Below, piece by piece: positions 20,793-31,600 of a stretch of 64,000 nt of DNA. A program made the translations under genes and the position numbers. Positions within the stretch are counted from its first letter, which is position 1; each line of letters begins with the position of its first letter. The stretch comes from Thermodesulfobacteriota bacterium (GTDB lineage Bacteria; Desulfobacterota; Desulfarculia; JACQYL01). The stretch is from positions 2,176,001 to 2,240,000 of the forward strand of contig CAXXLZ010000002.1 of assembly GCA_963675595.2 (NCBI GenBank), given 5' to 3'. Below the pieces are notes generated by a model that searched no databases, was not told where the DNA came from, and saw only the letters and a program-made list of their open reading frames with translations.

Positions 20793-21719
20793 TTTATGGT
20801 TGCTATAGCTGCCCTTTTGGCTACCAGCGTGCCTGTATGCGCTTCCGAAATGGATGACCGCATCGAATCATCGGTGGGTAAGTCCTACGCATTCAAGACC
20901 TATCTGAAAGACGATCATATTAAAGTCGAGTCCAGGGACGGCGCCGTCAGATTAACAGGGACAGTCTCCGAGGAATTTCATAAATCAATGGCTTATGAGA
21001 CTGTGGCGGGCATGCCCGGAGTCAAAAGTGTGGACAACCGGCTGGAACTCGAAGGCGTGTCCCCCACTCCATACTCAGATGCGTGGCTCGACGCCAAAGT
21101 GAAAGCTGCGCTCTCGTTTCATCGCAGCGTCAACGCCGCTACAACGGAGGTTGACGTTAAAGACGGCATCGTGACTCTGAGAGGCGAGGCTGCCGGTGAG
21201 GCCCAAAAGGAACTGGCGACCGAATATGCCAAGGATGTCGAAGGGGTCAAAGACGTAAGAAACGAGATGATCGTGTCAAAACTCTCGAAAACTTCAGATT
21301 CAACGGTTGGCGAAGATATTGATGACGCTTCCATCACCGCCCAAGTCAAGATATCGCTGCTGTTCCATCGTTCCACCAGTGCTCACAACACCAAAGTCGA
21401 AACCAACGCAGGCGTGGTAACTTTATATGGCAAGGCAAGGAGCGCAGCAGAAAAGGATCTGGTCACCAAACTCTCCAGCGACATAAACGGTGTGAAGAGT
21501 GTAAATAACCGGATGACCATCGAATAGTTCATAAAGAATTCTCAGTTGCAGGCTGACAGAAGGTTGTTGATATCGGGTCTCGCCCGCACACAGGCTGAAA
21601 AGGCGAAAGCGCTTCCGCCGCCTGCGATCTCGGGCTTTAGGGTTCGGCATCGTGCGGTGGGTCATGGGAAGGCGACAAAACCGACGACACAAGACCATCC
21701 CGTTCATGAGGAGCTTGGT

Positions 21720-22022
21720 ATGAAAGAAAATAGAAAAGCGTACGAAGAGAAGCTCGAAGCGCAGTTGAGAGAATGGCGCGCGCAGAAAGCACTGCTCAAG
21801 GCCAAAGCCGACAAGGCCAAGGCAGACGTTAAAATTGATTACTATAAGACCATCGATGTCTTGCAGCGCAAGGAGGATGAGGCCAAGACGAAGTTGGAGG
21901 AGTTAAAGACCGCCGGCGATGAGGCTTGGGAGGAAATCAAAACAGGGGCGGAAAAGGCTTGGTCTGAAGTCAAAATCGCCTACCACGAAGCGACATCGAG
22001 GTTCAACGGAATGTGTCAATGA
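21720..22022 (+). CDS. Coiled-coil stress protein (sll1863-like); last codons replaced by an IS
   Basis: GAGGAG RBS; AYEEKLEAQLREW..AGDEAWEEIKTGAEKAW. Removing the IS restores the end SRFK-stop. Confidence 0.8.
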   Translation: MKENRKAYEEKLEAQLREWRAQKALLKAKADKAKADVKIDYYKTIDVLQRKEDEAKTKLEELKTAGDEAWEEIKTGAEKAWSEVKIAYHEATSRFNGMCQ

Positions 22023-22046
22023 AAATGAGACACCTGTTTTCAGAAA

Positions 22047-23042
22047 TTAGACTCTCACGTCATCGCTCGACGGTTTGTTGATCCACGCGGCCTTGGGCAA
22101 TTTTGGCGGCTGTGGCACCTTTCCTTTGAAACGGTTGGGGTTGCTCCGGAAGGCAGCCCGAAGAACTTGGCTGCGACACGCTACAATGTCCTGGGCGAGT
22201 CCGTAATGGAGCTGTTCGGGTGTGACCAACCCGATGCCTGAATGCCGATGCTCGGGGTTGTACCAGGAGAAGAACTCCCGGCAGAAAGACCGGGCATCCT
22301 GGATTGATCCAAACCGTTTCGGGAATTTCGGGCAATACTTGAGGGTTTTAAACTGCGCCTCCGAGTAGGGGTTATCATTGCTGACATAGGGTCGGCTGTG
22401 GGTCTTGGTCACTCCAAGGTCTCCCATGAACTCGGCTACGGACTTCGCTTTCATCGCCGGGCCTCGATCCGCATGGATGATGAGTTGGCCGGACTTGATA
22501 TCCTGCTTGAAGCACGTCTCTTCGATGAGTTGCCTGGCCAAAGCGGCGCTTTCCCGATGGGCCACCATCCAGCCGACCACGTAGCGGCTGAAGATGTCCA
22601 TGATCACGTAAAGATGGAAATAGGTCCACTTCACAGGCCCTTTTAGCTTCGTAATATCCCAGGACCACACTTTGTTGGGTCCGGTCGCAAGCAACTCGGG
22701 CTTTTTATAGACAGGCCGCCGCGCCTGCTTTCTTCGCTCTTTGACATCACCGGATTCCGCTTTGAGAATCCGGTACATGGTCCGGATAGAGCAGTAGTAC
22801 TGTCCTTCATCGAGCAAGACGGCAAAGACCTGACGGGGAGCATCATCCTGAAAACGGGAGCTGTTAAGCAGATCGACCACGGTTTCCCGCTCCTGGGGGT
22901 TCAGAGCCAAGGGAGGCGCCGGCCGAGGTGTGCGGGCCGCCGCCGGCTTCAGGCGGCGATAGAAACTCGCACGGGGCAGGCCCATGGCTCCACATGCCTG
23001 CACGGTTCCCACCTCGGTGCGCAGCTCCATCGCCGCGCTCAT
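22047..23042 (-). CDS. IS3-family OrfB (integrase-like DDE)
   Basis: WSWDIT, DIFSRYVVGW, HADRG, DNPYSEAQFKTLK. Confidence 0.92.
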   Translation of the reverse strand: MSAAMELRTEVGTVQACGAMGLPRASFYRRLKPAAARTPRPAPPLALNPQERETVVDLLNSSRFQDDAPRQVFAVLLDEGQYYCSIRTMYRILKAESGDVKERRKQARRPVYKKPELLATGPNKVWSWDITKLKGPVKWTYFHLYVIMDIFSRYVVGWMVAHRESAALARQLIEETCFKQDIKSGQLIIHADRGPAMKAKSVAEFMGDLGVTKTHSRPYVSNDNPYSEAQFKTLKYCPKFPKRFGSIQDARSFCREFFSWYNPEHRHSGIGLVTPEQLHYGLAQDIVACRSQVLRAAFRSNPNRFKGKVPQPPKLPKAAWINKPSSDDVRV

Positions 23043-23530
23043 GAACTGCTCCCGTCGTCGTCCAGGTCCGGCTGAGCGATCCCCAGTATCTCCGAGATTT
23101 TTTTTTGAACTTCGATGATGGTTCGCGCCTGTTTCAGTTGATTCTCGAGACGGCGGTTCTCCCTTTCAAGCCGGGCCACCCGCTCTGCCATAGGGTTCTT
23201 CTGCTTGGGCTTCCGGCCTCGCTTCTTTGGCCCAAGCGCCCTCAACTGCCCCTGGTCACGTTGTCTACGCCATGTCGCCAGACTCGAAGAATACAGGCCT
23301 TCTCGCCGAAGTAGAGCCCCGAGCCGGCCCGGTTCAGTACACGCATCGGCTTCCTCCAGGATTCTCAGCTTGTACCGGGCTGTAAATCTGCGACGAGGCT
23401 TCTTCTCTGGAACCTCCGGGTCGGGGACCGTGACGTGCTTCCCGATCGTGGTAACTCCGGTCGTCCTACGGACTCCCTCCGTTACCACGATTCCCTCATC
23501 CGGATTCTCTTTCTCTCTGTGCCTCATCAT
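23039..23530 (-). CDS. IS3-family OrfA
   Basis: RRRFTARYKLRIL HTH and leucine zipper; A9 run at 23098-23106; ATGA overlap with orfB. Confidence 0.9.
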   Translation of the reverse strand: MMRHREKENPDEGIVVTEGVRRTTGVTTIGKHVTVPDPEVPEKKPRRRFTARYKLRILEEADACTEPGRLGALLRREGLYSSSLATWRRQRDQGQLRALGPKKRGRKPKQKNPMAERVARLERENRRLENQLKQARTIIEVQKKISEILGIAQPDLDDDGSSS

Positions 23531-23664
23531 GCTCCATCTCCTACCCGCCCTACACTAATTTATCAACGGGTAGGTGTCTCACTCTCATTGGCACAGAGGG
23601 AAATGAAAGGGCCGTTGCCGCACTCATCGGTTGGAACGTTGTCTAATCAAAATGGAGCAGTGAT

Positions 23665-23820
23665 ATGCTTTCAACGATCTTGATCGTCGTCTTGGTTTTG
23701 CTGCTGTTAGGCACACTGCCCAAGTGGCCTCACAGCCGACAGTGGGGTTATTACCCGAGCGGCGGACTTGCCTTGGTCCTGATGATTCTGATCATCTTGC
23801 TGCTCACGGGTAGGATTTAG
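23665..23820 (+). CDS. DUF3309-family small membrane protein (51 aa)
   Basis: GGAG RBS; MLSTILIVVLVLLLLGTLPKWPHSRQWGYYPSGGLALVLMILIILLLTGRI. Confidence 0.88.
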   Translation: MLSTILIVVLVLLLLGTLPKWPHSRQWGYYPSGGLALVLMILIILLLTGRI

Positions 23821-23913
23821 TCGGACGAGTTCGCTTCCCGCCGCGGGTGATACTGATCGGGCATTCTTGAGCGAACACGATAGCACAATTTGGGACCCCG
23901 CCGGATAAGGTGG

Positions 23914-25211
23914 TGTCAAGCCCCCAGTTTTTGGTCCAGGAGTTATGAGAGTTTTATCATGACTCGCGGTTTTCCATCCCCGGCCCTTGGGGCCTCGGCG
24001 AAGCCGAGCTGAGCGAGGCGGAGTCGAGGCCCCAAGGGCTCGCCGCGAACTGGGCCGGGGTCATGTAATTCAATGCACTGTGCGGTCTTTCCTCGTTATA
24101 GACTTTCCGCCATTTGGCGGCCAGAGTCTGCGCTTCCTTGATGTTGTTGAAAATTTCCATGTTCAAGAATTCATCCCGAAAACGGCTGTTGAAACTTTCC
24201 ACGTACCCGTTCTGCCAAGGGGCTCCCGGCTCGACGAAAAAGGTTCCCACTCCCAGGTCTTTCAGCCAATTTCTCACCTTTTGGGCTATAAATTCGGGAC
24301 CGTTATCCGATCGAATGCCCGTTGGAACTCCCCGCTCGCCCATCAATCGGCTCAGCTCGTTCAAAACGTCTTCACCCGTAATGGAGCGGTTGATCCTCAG
24401 GGCCAGGTTTTCCCGAGTAAACTCGTCGACAATGGCCAAGCACTTGAACTGACGGCCGTCGACCAAGCGGTCATGAATGAAATCCAACGTCCAGACATCA
24501 TTTGCAAAAGCCGCCTTACGCTTGTTGCACGCATTGGCATCAACTCCCAGGAAGCGTTTCTTCTTGGCTTTTCGAGGTACCTTGAATCCCTCCTCTTTCC
24601 AAAGTCTATGAATTCGCTTGTAGTTTACCGCCCACCCCGCATCACGCAGCAGCCGAGTGATCCTACGGCATCCAAAACGGGGATGTTCTCCAACCAACCG
24701 GTGAAGAGCCTTGATCAGTTCCACCTCATCGTCCCGTTCCTTCGGCTCATAACGTTGGGTGGATCGGTGTTGACCGGCTACGCGGCAGGCCCGACGCTCT
24801 GAAGCGGCATGTTCACTTCGAACATAATCAACCGCTTTCCTACGACGCGCCGGGCTTAGAAGTTTCCCTCCGCAAGATCCTTCAGCATTGCCTTGTCCAA
24901 CATCAGATCGGCGACCAGCTTTTTTAAGCGTGCATTTTCCTTTTCCAGTTCTTTTAGCCGTTTGGCCTCCTCAGCCTTCATCCCCCCATACTGGTTTCGC
25001 CACCGGTGGTACGTCGCCTCGCTCACCTCCAGCGATTGGCAAACCTGCGCTATCGTCTGCCCTGCCGTCAGACGACGGTCCGCGTCTTCAAGTTTCCGGA
25101 TGATTTGCTCCGCGCTGTGTCTCTTTCTCTTGGCCATGCAAAAAGTCTCCTTCCGTTCTTTGGGCATTCAGACTCTCATTATACATGGACCAATTATCGG
25201 GGGGCATTCCA
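23914..25211 (-). mobile_element. IS3-family (IS407-like) element, 1298 bp, copy A; orfA 24856-25137, orfB ending at 23957
   Basis: TG..CA imperfect IRs; 4-bp TSD GTGG; G-GGA-AAC slippery site at 24862-24868; WTLDF, SDNGPEF, PWQNGYVESFN. Confidence 0.93.
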
Positions 25212-25338
25212 GTGGAGGGTTTGAAGGCGAGGAGATCAGCAACTCCGGGAAGATTTTCTCGAACGTTAGGATACGTTGACCAGAAAAGGTCTCGTAACCA
25301 ACCTTTTCAAGACAAACTTATAAGGAGGAGTAAACGCT

Positions 25339-25653
25339 ATGAAAAACAGAAACTTCTTTATCCACTATTTCGTGCTTCTGATGCTCATCGCCTTCTTTGT
25401 GGCCTGTGCATCGACATCCAAACAGTCAAGCACCGGGGAATACTTTGACGATTCGGTCATCACGAGCAAGGTCAAGTCTCAGCTCGCAAGTGATGATTTT
25501 CTTAAGTCATTCGAGATCACGGTCGAGACCTACAAAGGCGTCGTTCAACTGAGCGGCTTCGTTAATTCACAGCAGGCGGTGGATACAGCGGGTGAAATCG
25601 CGAAGAGCGTTGAAGGAGTCACGTCCGTAAAGAATAATCTGAATGTAAAATAG
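25339..25653 (+). CDS. Single-BON lipoprotein (OsmY-like)
   Basis: AAGGAGG RBS; lipobox FVAC; DDSVITSKVK..ETYKGVVQLSGFV. Confidence 0.9.
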   Translation: MKNRNFFIHYFVLLMLIAFFVACASTSKQSSTGEYFDDSVITSKVKSQLASDDFLKSFEITVETYKGVVQLSGFVNSQQAVDTAGEIAKSVEGVTSVKNNLNVK

Positions 25654-25916
25654 AAGAGTGTTATGTCACCTTTTGGAGTCGACGGCCGGTGGCGGCTCCA
25701 AAACGGGTTTTCGGAGAGCATTCTTTGAGCTTTGAGAGTTTTTCTCAAGCTTTCGGTGCTCGGCACGGCTGTGCTGAATACACGGTACCCTAAATGACAG
25801 TACCTTTGGAGACTGCGATTAACCGTGGTGGAGGCAATGCCGAATCCGGGGGAGTAACTCGGGATTCCGCTACGATCCACTTAGGCTGTGCAGGTTGGAG
25901 CCCGGAGCAAGACCAC

Positions 25917-26438
25917 ATGAATGAGTCAATCAATCGGAAGTTCGCAGTGGCTTCCAAGATCAAATATCCGGATAAGGTTGCCCTAACGAAAGTTCGCTGC
26001 GCTCCTTTGTTGGCAGTGCTGGTGCTTGTGAATCTTTCTTCCGTCGCCTTTGCACAATCATCATCGTGCTCTGGGATTCACATAAAGATTCAAGACATTA
26101 GAAACAGCACGGGAACCATTGGATGTGCGCTTTTCAAATCGCCGGATGGTTTTCCTACTGAGTATCTGCGATACGCAACCAATATCATCGTAACAAAAAT
26201 TCAGGATACCCAGGCGACCTGCGACTTCACAAAGATACCCTCGGGAATGTATGCACTTGCCGTTATTCATGATGAAAATATGAACGGCAAGCTTGACACC
26301 AACTGGTTGGGAATCCCGACGGAAGGGTATGGTTTTTCAAAGGACGCAGAGGCCATGCTCGGCCCGCCTTCGTTTTCTGCTGCCGGCTTCTCCTACGACG
26401 GGCAAGACATCAAACTGACAATCAGCCTGCATTATTGA
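25917..26438 (+). CDS. DUF2141-family exported protein
   Basis: G.YALAVIHDENMNGKLDTNWLGIPTEGYGFS motif after a hydrophobic leader. Confidence 0.85.
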   Translation: MNESINRKFAVASKIKYPDKVALTKVRCAPLLAVLVLVNLSSVAFAQSSSCSGIHIKIQDIRNSTGTIGCALFKSPDGFPTEYLRYATNIIVTKIQDTQATCDFTKIPSGMYALAVIHDENMNGKLDTNWLGIPTEGYGFSKDAEAMLGPPSFSAAGFSYDGQDIKLTISLHY

Positions 26439-26473
26439 GCATCGGCCACATTTTTCTTTGGGGACTTGAAAGA

Positions 26474-27554
26474 CTAAAGTTTAGAGTCCGGCGACCCTTT
26501 GGTATGGGAAAACTGCGAATAAATTCAACAAAGTACTTGACATTGCCGCGCGGATGGGCGGCGGCCTTTGGCGGCCCTTTAAGGAAATAAACCTTTCCTT
26601 GGGGGTCAACCATATGGATTCGACGGCTCAAGCACTTACGCTCCTATCGCAGTGGATTTCCTTTCTATTTCAAGCCGTTCCGTGCAGAATCGCTCCGACT
26701 CTTCCGGCACTCCTGATGGGATGTATGGTCTGCCGCGGCGGTCATATTTCTTGCGCGCTTCCGGCGGTCCGACCCCAGTTGTCATGGACCGCCTATTACA
26801 AGGCCGGCGAAATCCAATGGCTTGTACTGGCCCGGCAATGGATGCGCCTGATTCTGAAGCGGATTCCAGACCGATCCATCGAGTTCGCCATAGACGACTT
26901 CCCTTTGCCCCGATCATCCAAGAAAGCTCCCTGCGCCGCTTGGCATTACGATCACGCGCACCGGCCCAACCGCGCCCCAAATTCCGGTGGTGACAACAGC
27001 TTCGGGTTTCTCTGGCGGTCATCTGCCGTCACTAGGGCCGGGTAGCCGCATTTCCCCTCCTGTTCCGACTTATCCGCAAGAAAGGGAACACCACCAAACT
27101 GACCGCAGCACGGCTCCTGATGTCCGTTCTCATGACTTGGCTGCCGGATCGCTTCCTCCTTATTCTGCTGCTTGATGCCTGGTATATGAAAGGCTCCCTG
27201 GTGCTTCACCTGATTCGCGAAGGTGTGACGGTCATCGGCCAAGCCCGCAAAGATATCACCCTGTTCTTGCCTCCGGACAATCCGCCTCGGAAGAAACGGG
27301 GCAGACCCGGAAAGTGTGGGCAAAAACTCACCTTGGAAAACATCGAACGATTTTGTCGCCCGGTGGAGAAATCCCTCTTTGCCTGCGGCTCCGAACAAGT
27401 TTTCCAGTTCTACGAAACCAAAGCCAAAGTCCGCTTCCTGGACGGCCGGTTGTGCAGGATCGTGTGGTGCCGGTTTATGTCCGACAACCCCTCTTGGTCC
27501 GATTGGCATCTTCTGATCAGTACCGATCCCGCCATGGAGGGCGCGGAAGTGATT
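26474..27554 (+). mobile_element. Degenerate, 3'-truncated copy of the IS701-like element
   Basis: Starts CTAAAGTTTAGAGTC; transposase homolog split by frameshifts (ORFs 26554-27045 and 27120 onward); homology stops at 27554. Confidence 0.88.
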
Positions 27555-28592
27555 CGCTTTGCTCCAGTAGGGCGGCAAAAATGCGTTAAGTTGCTTCATG
27601 CTCTCTTCAGAGAGTTCCGCCAGTTTCCCACCCAGGTTAATAAGAGCGTCGGTGGCCATCACGCCGGGTCCGCCGGCTGATGTTACCATGGCAAGCCTCG
27701 GGCCGGCCGGTAACCTCTTCGAATCAAGAACCTGGGCAGCATCGAAGAGTTCCGCTATTTCCCCCACCCTTACGACGCCGGCCCTCTTGAAGGCAGCTTC
27801 ATATACCTCGTCGTCCCCTGCCATAGCGCCTGTGTGGGAATGGGCTGCCCTTGCACTCTCCGCGAATCGTCCCGGCTTCAAAATGATGATAGGTTTTCGC
27901 CGGGCGAACGCCTGGGCCGCACTCATGAATTTTCTCGCGTTGCCCACACCCTCCATATAGATCAGGATGCTCCTGGTGGCCCCGTCATCTCCTAAGAAAT
28001 CGATCATGTCGCCAAAGTCTACATCGAGCATGGAGCCGAGTGATGCAAACAGACTAAGCCTATCCCGGCGCTGACCGCCCAATCGAGTATCGCGCTGCCG
28101 AGGGCGCCGCTCTGAGAGATGAAGGCGATATCTCCCTGTGGAGGGTTGCCCCGCAGAAAAGTCGCATTTAAGCCCAGGACGGGTCGCACAAAACCGAGGC
28201 AGTTTGGTCCCATAATACGCATCCCATATTTTTTTCTGATCCGGTCGATTTCGCTCTCCAAATGTGTGCCTTCTTCACCAATTTCTTTGAACCCGGCGGA
28301 GATTATGACTACCCCCTCTACACCTGCCTGGCCGCATTCCTCAACCACCTGTGGTACTGACCGGGCAGGAGTTGCCACAACGGCTAGATCCACATGCTCG
28401 TGAAAGCCTGCAATGGTGGGATAGCTCTCCAAAATGCAATACCTTGCTCGCATGGGGGTTTACGGGAATTATTCTTCTCTCTTTTGAGCGGAGCAGGTTT
28501 TCGAGGATTGTTCGACCGATGGCGCCTGCCTTCTCAGTTGCGCCGATCAGAGCTATTGTCTTGGGATCAAACATCACTTGTATGTGGCCCAT
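27552..28592 (-). pseudogene. Acetate-CoA ligase (ADP-forming)/Pat-type protein, frameshifted twice and truncated
   Basis: Three frames give PKTIALIGAT, IISAGFKE..GPNCLG..SQSGALG, then SLGSMLDVDFGD..AHSHTGAMAG..PPYWSKAN; ends at the IS remnant. Confidence 0.85.
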
Positions 28593-28660
28593 CCTTCTCT
28601 CCTGCTTTTCAACTTTTCCAACTTCGTCTTGGCCGCATCCTGCGCCTTAACCCTGGCGCG

Positions 28661-31600
28661 CTATCTTGGAATTCCCACCTCGACGCGGTGTTCCTTCTGG
28701 TCGTCAACGAGCGTGATGGTCTTATCGGGTTGCTCAATGCCATCCACGCTCACGCGCATCTCATCACTCCCCGCGGGCGTTTGCAGGACGTCGATGTGGT
28801 AGACGGTCTCCCGATACCGGTAGTGCATCTTGAACCCCTCCCAATCCGCAGGGAGGCACGGCGTAAAACGCAGTTTATCCACTTCAAGTCTGAGCCCCAA
28901 AAGTGATTCAACGATAAGCCGATACATCCAGCCGGCCGAGCCCGTGTACCATGTCCAGCCGCCACGGCCGGTATGCGGCGGTAGCGCATAGACGTCGGCG
29001 GCAACGACGTACGGTTCCACTTGGTAGGTGGCGGTCTCCTCAATCGATCTCGCATGGTTTACCGGGTTGATCATCGAAAAGAGCTCCCACGCACGCCGGT
29101 TGTCCCCCAATCGGGCGAAGGCCATTGCCGCCCAGATGGCCGCATGCGTGTACTGCCCGCCGTTTTCTCTAACTCCTGGGACGTACCCTTTGATGTAGCC
29201 GGGATTCAGCGCCGACTTATCGAAGGGCGGATCCAGAAGTTGAATCAGTCCGTGCTGGCGCCGAACGAGGCGCTCATCCACCGCTTCCATGGCCATGCGA
29301 GAACGCTCATGATCTCCCGCACCCGAAAGAACGGACCAGCTCTGCGCAATCGAAGCAATCCGGCATTCGGGGTTGGCTGACGATCCAAGCGGAGAACCGT
29401 CATCGAAGTAGGCGCGGCGGTACCACTCCCCGTCCCAGCCATGCCTCTCGATATTGCGGCGCAGCCCTGCCCCCTCCTTTACGCAACGCTCGGCGAAAGA
29501 CGCGTCGCCGTGTATTCGGGCGACCTTAGTGAAGCGCATGAGCACCTCATATAGGAAGAATCCCAACCACACACTTTCGCCTTTGCCGTCTTCGCCCACC
29601 AGGTTCATGCCGTCGTTCCAGTCGCCGGAGCCCATGAAGGGAAGGCCGCGCTCACCAAACCTGAGACCTCTGCGGATGGCTCGCACACAGTGTTCGTACA
29701 AAGTGGCCGATTCTTCGGACCGGTCGGGCAGATCGTAATAAGACTCTTCATCGGTCTTTACCGGGCGGCCCTGGATAAAGTGGACGGGCTCGTCCAACAC
29801 GCCGGTGTCCCCGGTGGTGAGGACATAGCGGCAGGTCGTGAGCGGCAGCCAGAGGTAATCGTCCGAACAGCGCGTCCGCACCCCTCGACCCGTTGGAGGA
29901 TGCCACCAATGCTGAACATCTCCCTCCGGGAATTGGCGGGCAGCGCACAGGAGCAGGTGCTCGCGCACGAGATGCGGCCTGGCGTGGATGAGTGCCATTA
30001 CGTCCTGCAACTGATCGCGGAAACCAAAGGCGCCTCCCGACTGGTAGGTTGCGCTTCGCGCCCAAAGGCGGCACCCCAGGGTCTGGTACAAGAGCCAGCC
30101 GTTGGCCAGCACGTTGAGGGCCGGGTCGGGTGTTTCCACATTTACCTCGCCGAGGGTGTGCGTCCAGTGTTGCCACACCCCATCGAGGGCCTCGCGCGCA
30201 GCGGTTGATCCTCGAAAGTGATTGACCAGGTTTCTGGCATCTTCGGCGTCTCGCCCGACGCCGAGCCTAAAGACAATCTCACGCTCTTGGCCGGCGGCCA
30301 GATCGAAGCTCACCTGGATCGCGGCGCAGGGATCCAGGGCGGCCCCCGCCTTGCCGGAAAGGCGTATGCGCGTCATCGCGGCCGGAGCGCGCAACGTACC
30401 GTTACGCCCCAAAAATTCAGTCCGATTGCCGGTTGCTGTACAAGTCGTATCGTCTACGTCGAAGAACGCAACCCGGGCGCTGAACTCCGTGTTATAAGGG
30501 TTCCGAGCAAACAATGTGCCGGTATTCGGGTCAATTTCGGTGATCACGTGCATGCTTGATTTCGGCCGCAGGTCGCCAAGCACCCATTCCGCGTATCCGG
30601 TAGCGGAGAGTCGACGGGGTCGCTCCGTGACGTTTTGCACTTTGAGCACCGCAAACTTGATTGCTGCGTCCATGGCCACGTAAACCCACAGCTCGGAGCG
30701 GATGCCGCGCTCGGTGTGTTCGAAGACGCTGTAACCGAATCCGTGCCGGGTGACGTACGGCGTTGCCCCGCGGCAGGGCAGCGGTGTCGGGGACCAGAAG
30801 TGGCCGCGCTCTTCATCACGGAGGTAAACCGCCTCTCCGCTCGAATCACTGACGGGATCATTCCCCCAGGGCGTGAGGCGGAACTCGTGGGCATTCTCGC
30901 TCCAGGTATAGGCCGACCCGCTCTCTGAAATGACGGTTCCGAAATGCGGGTTGGCCAGCACATTCACCCACGGGGCCGGTGTCACCTGCCCATGCGCGGT
31001 GGTAATGACATACTCGCGCCCATCCGGTGTGAATCCGCCCACCCCGTTGAAAAACGTCAGATCGTGGCGAGGCAATGCGGACACTGCCGGGGGTTTGGAA
31101 CGGTGGGTTCGGGTCGGCGTAAGAAGCGGTATAGCAGTCTCCACCAGACTGCGCCGGTTAATCTGGTCTGCCAGGGACTCCCGACTGTCGGTGAATATGG
31201 CGCGAGCGACCGTTTGGATCAGGATGCGGTCCTCCTCCGATATATGTTCAACAGATCTTACGAAAATGCCGGCCGGCCGATCGGTTAGCCTGGGTTCGGT
31301 GCCTGCGTTGATGCACCCCATGATCTGGTCGTGAAGAAGTTGCCGGTAACCGGCGTGATCTTCGTTCCAGATCACCAGGTCCACTTCCAGTCCCTTCAAA
31401 CGCCAGTAGGCGTGAGCCTGAACGAGCTGGCGCACCAGATCGATATTGGCCGGATCTTCGATCTGCAGCAGCACAATCGGCAGATCGCCGGAAATGGCGT
31501 ATCCCCAGAGACCGGATTGTCCCCGGTGGTTCTTGATGATGACGCTCGGGTCGACTCGCAGCGAAGCATTGGAGTATATGATCGAACCGGCTATGCGTCC

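Larger units (their letters stand above)
19208..21527 (+). pseudogene. Triple-BON (OsmY-like) protein copy 1, interrupted by an IS in the signal peptide; residual ORF 20796-21527
   Basis: Removing the IS and one 11-bp TSD restores MKTIYRLVFMVAIAALL..; three BON repeats (DD.I...VK, G.V.L.G, GVKSV.N). Confidence 0.88.
22007..23600 (-). mobile_element. IS3-family element, 1594 bp, copy 1, with atypical ends
   Basis: 24-bp IRs TGTGTCAATGAAAATGAGACACCT / TGTGCCAATGAGAGTGAGACACCT plus outer CGGAA and GAGGG shared with copy 2; 2-bp TSD AA. Confidence 0.92.
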
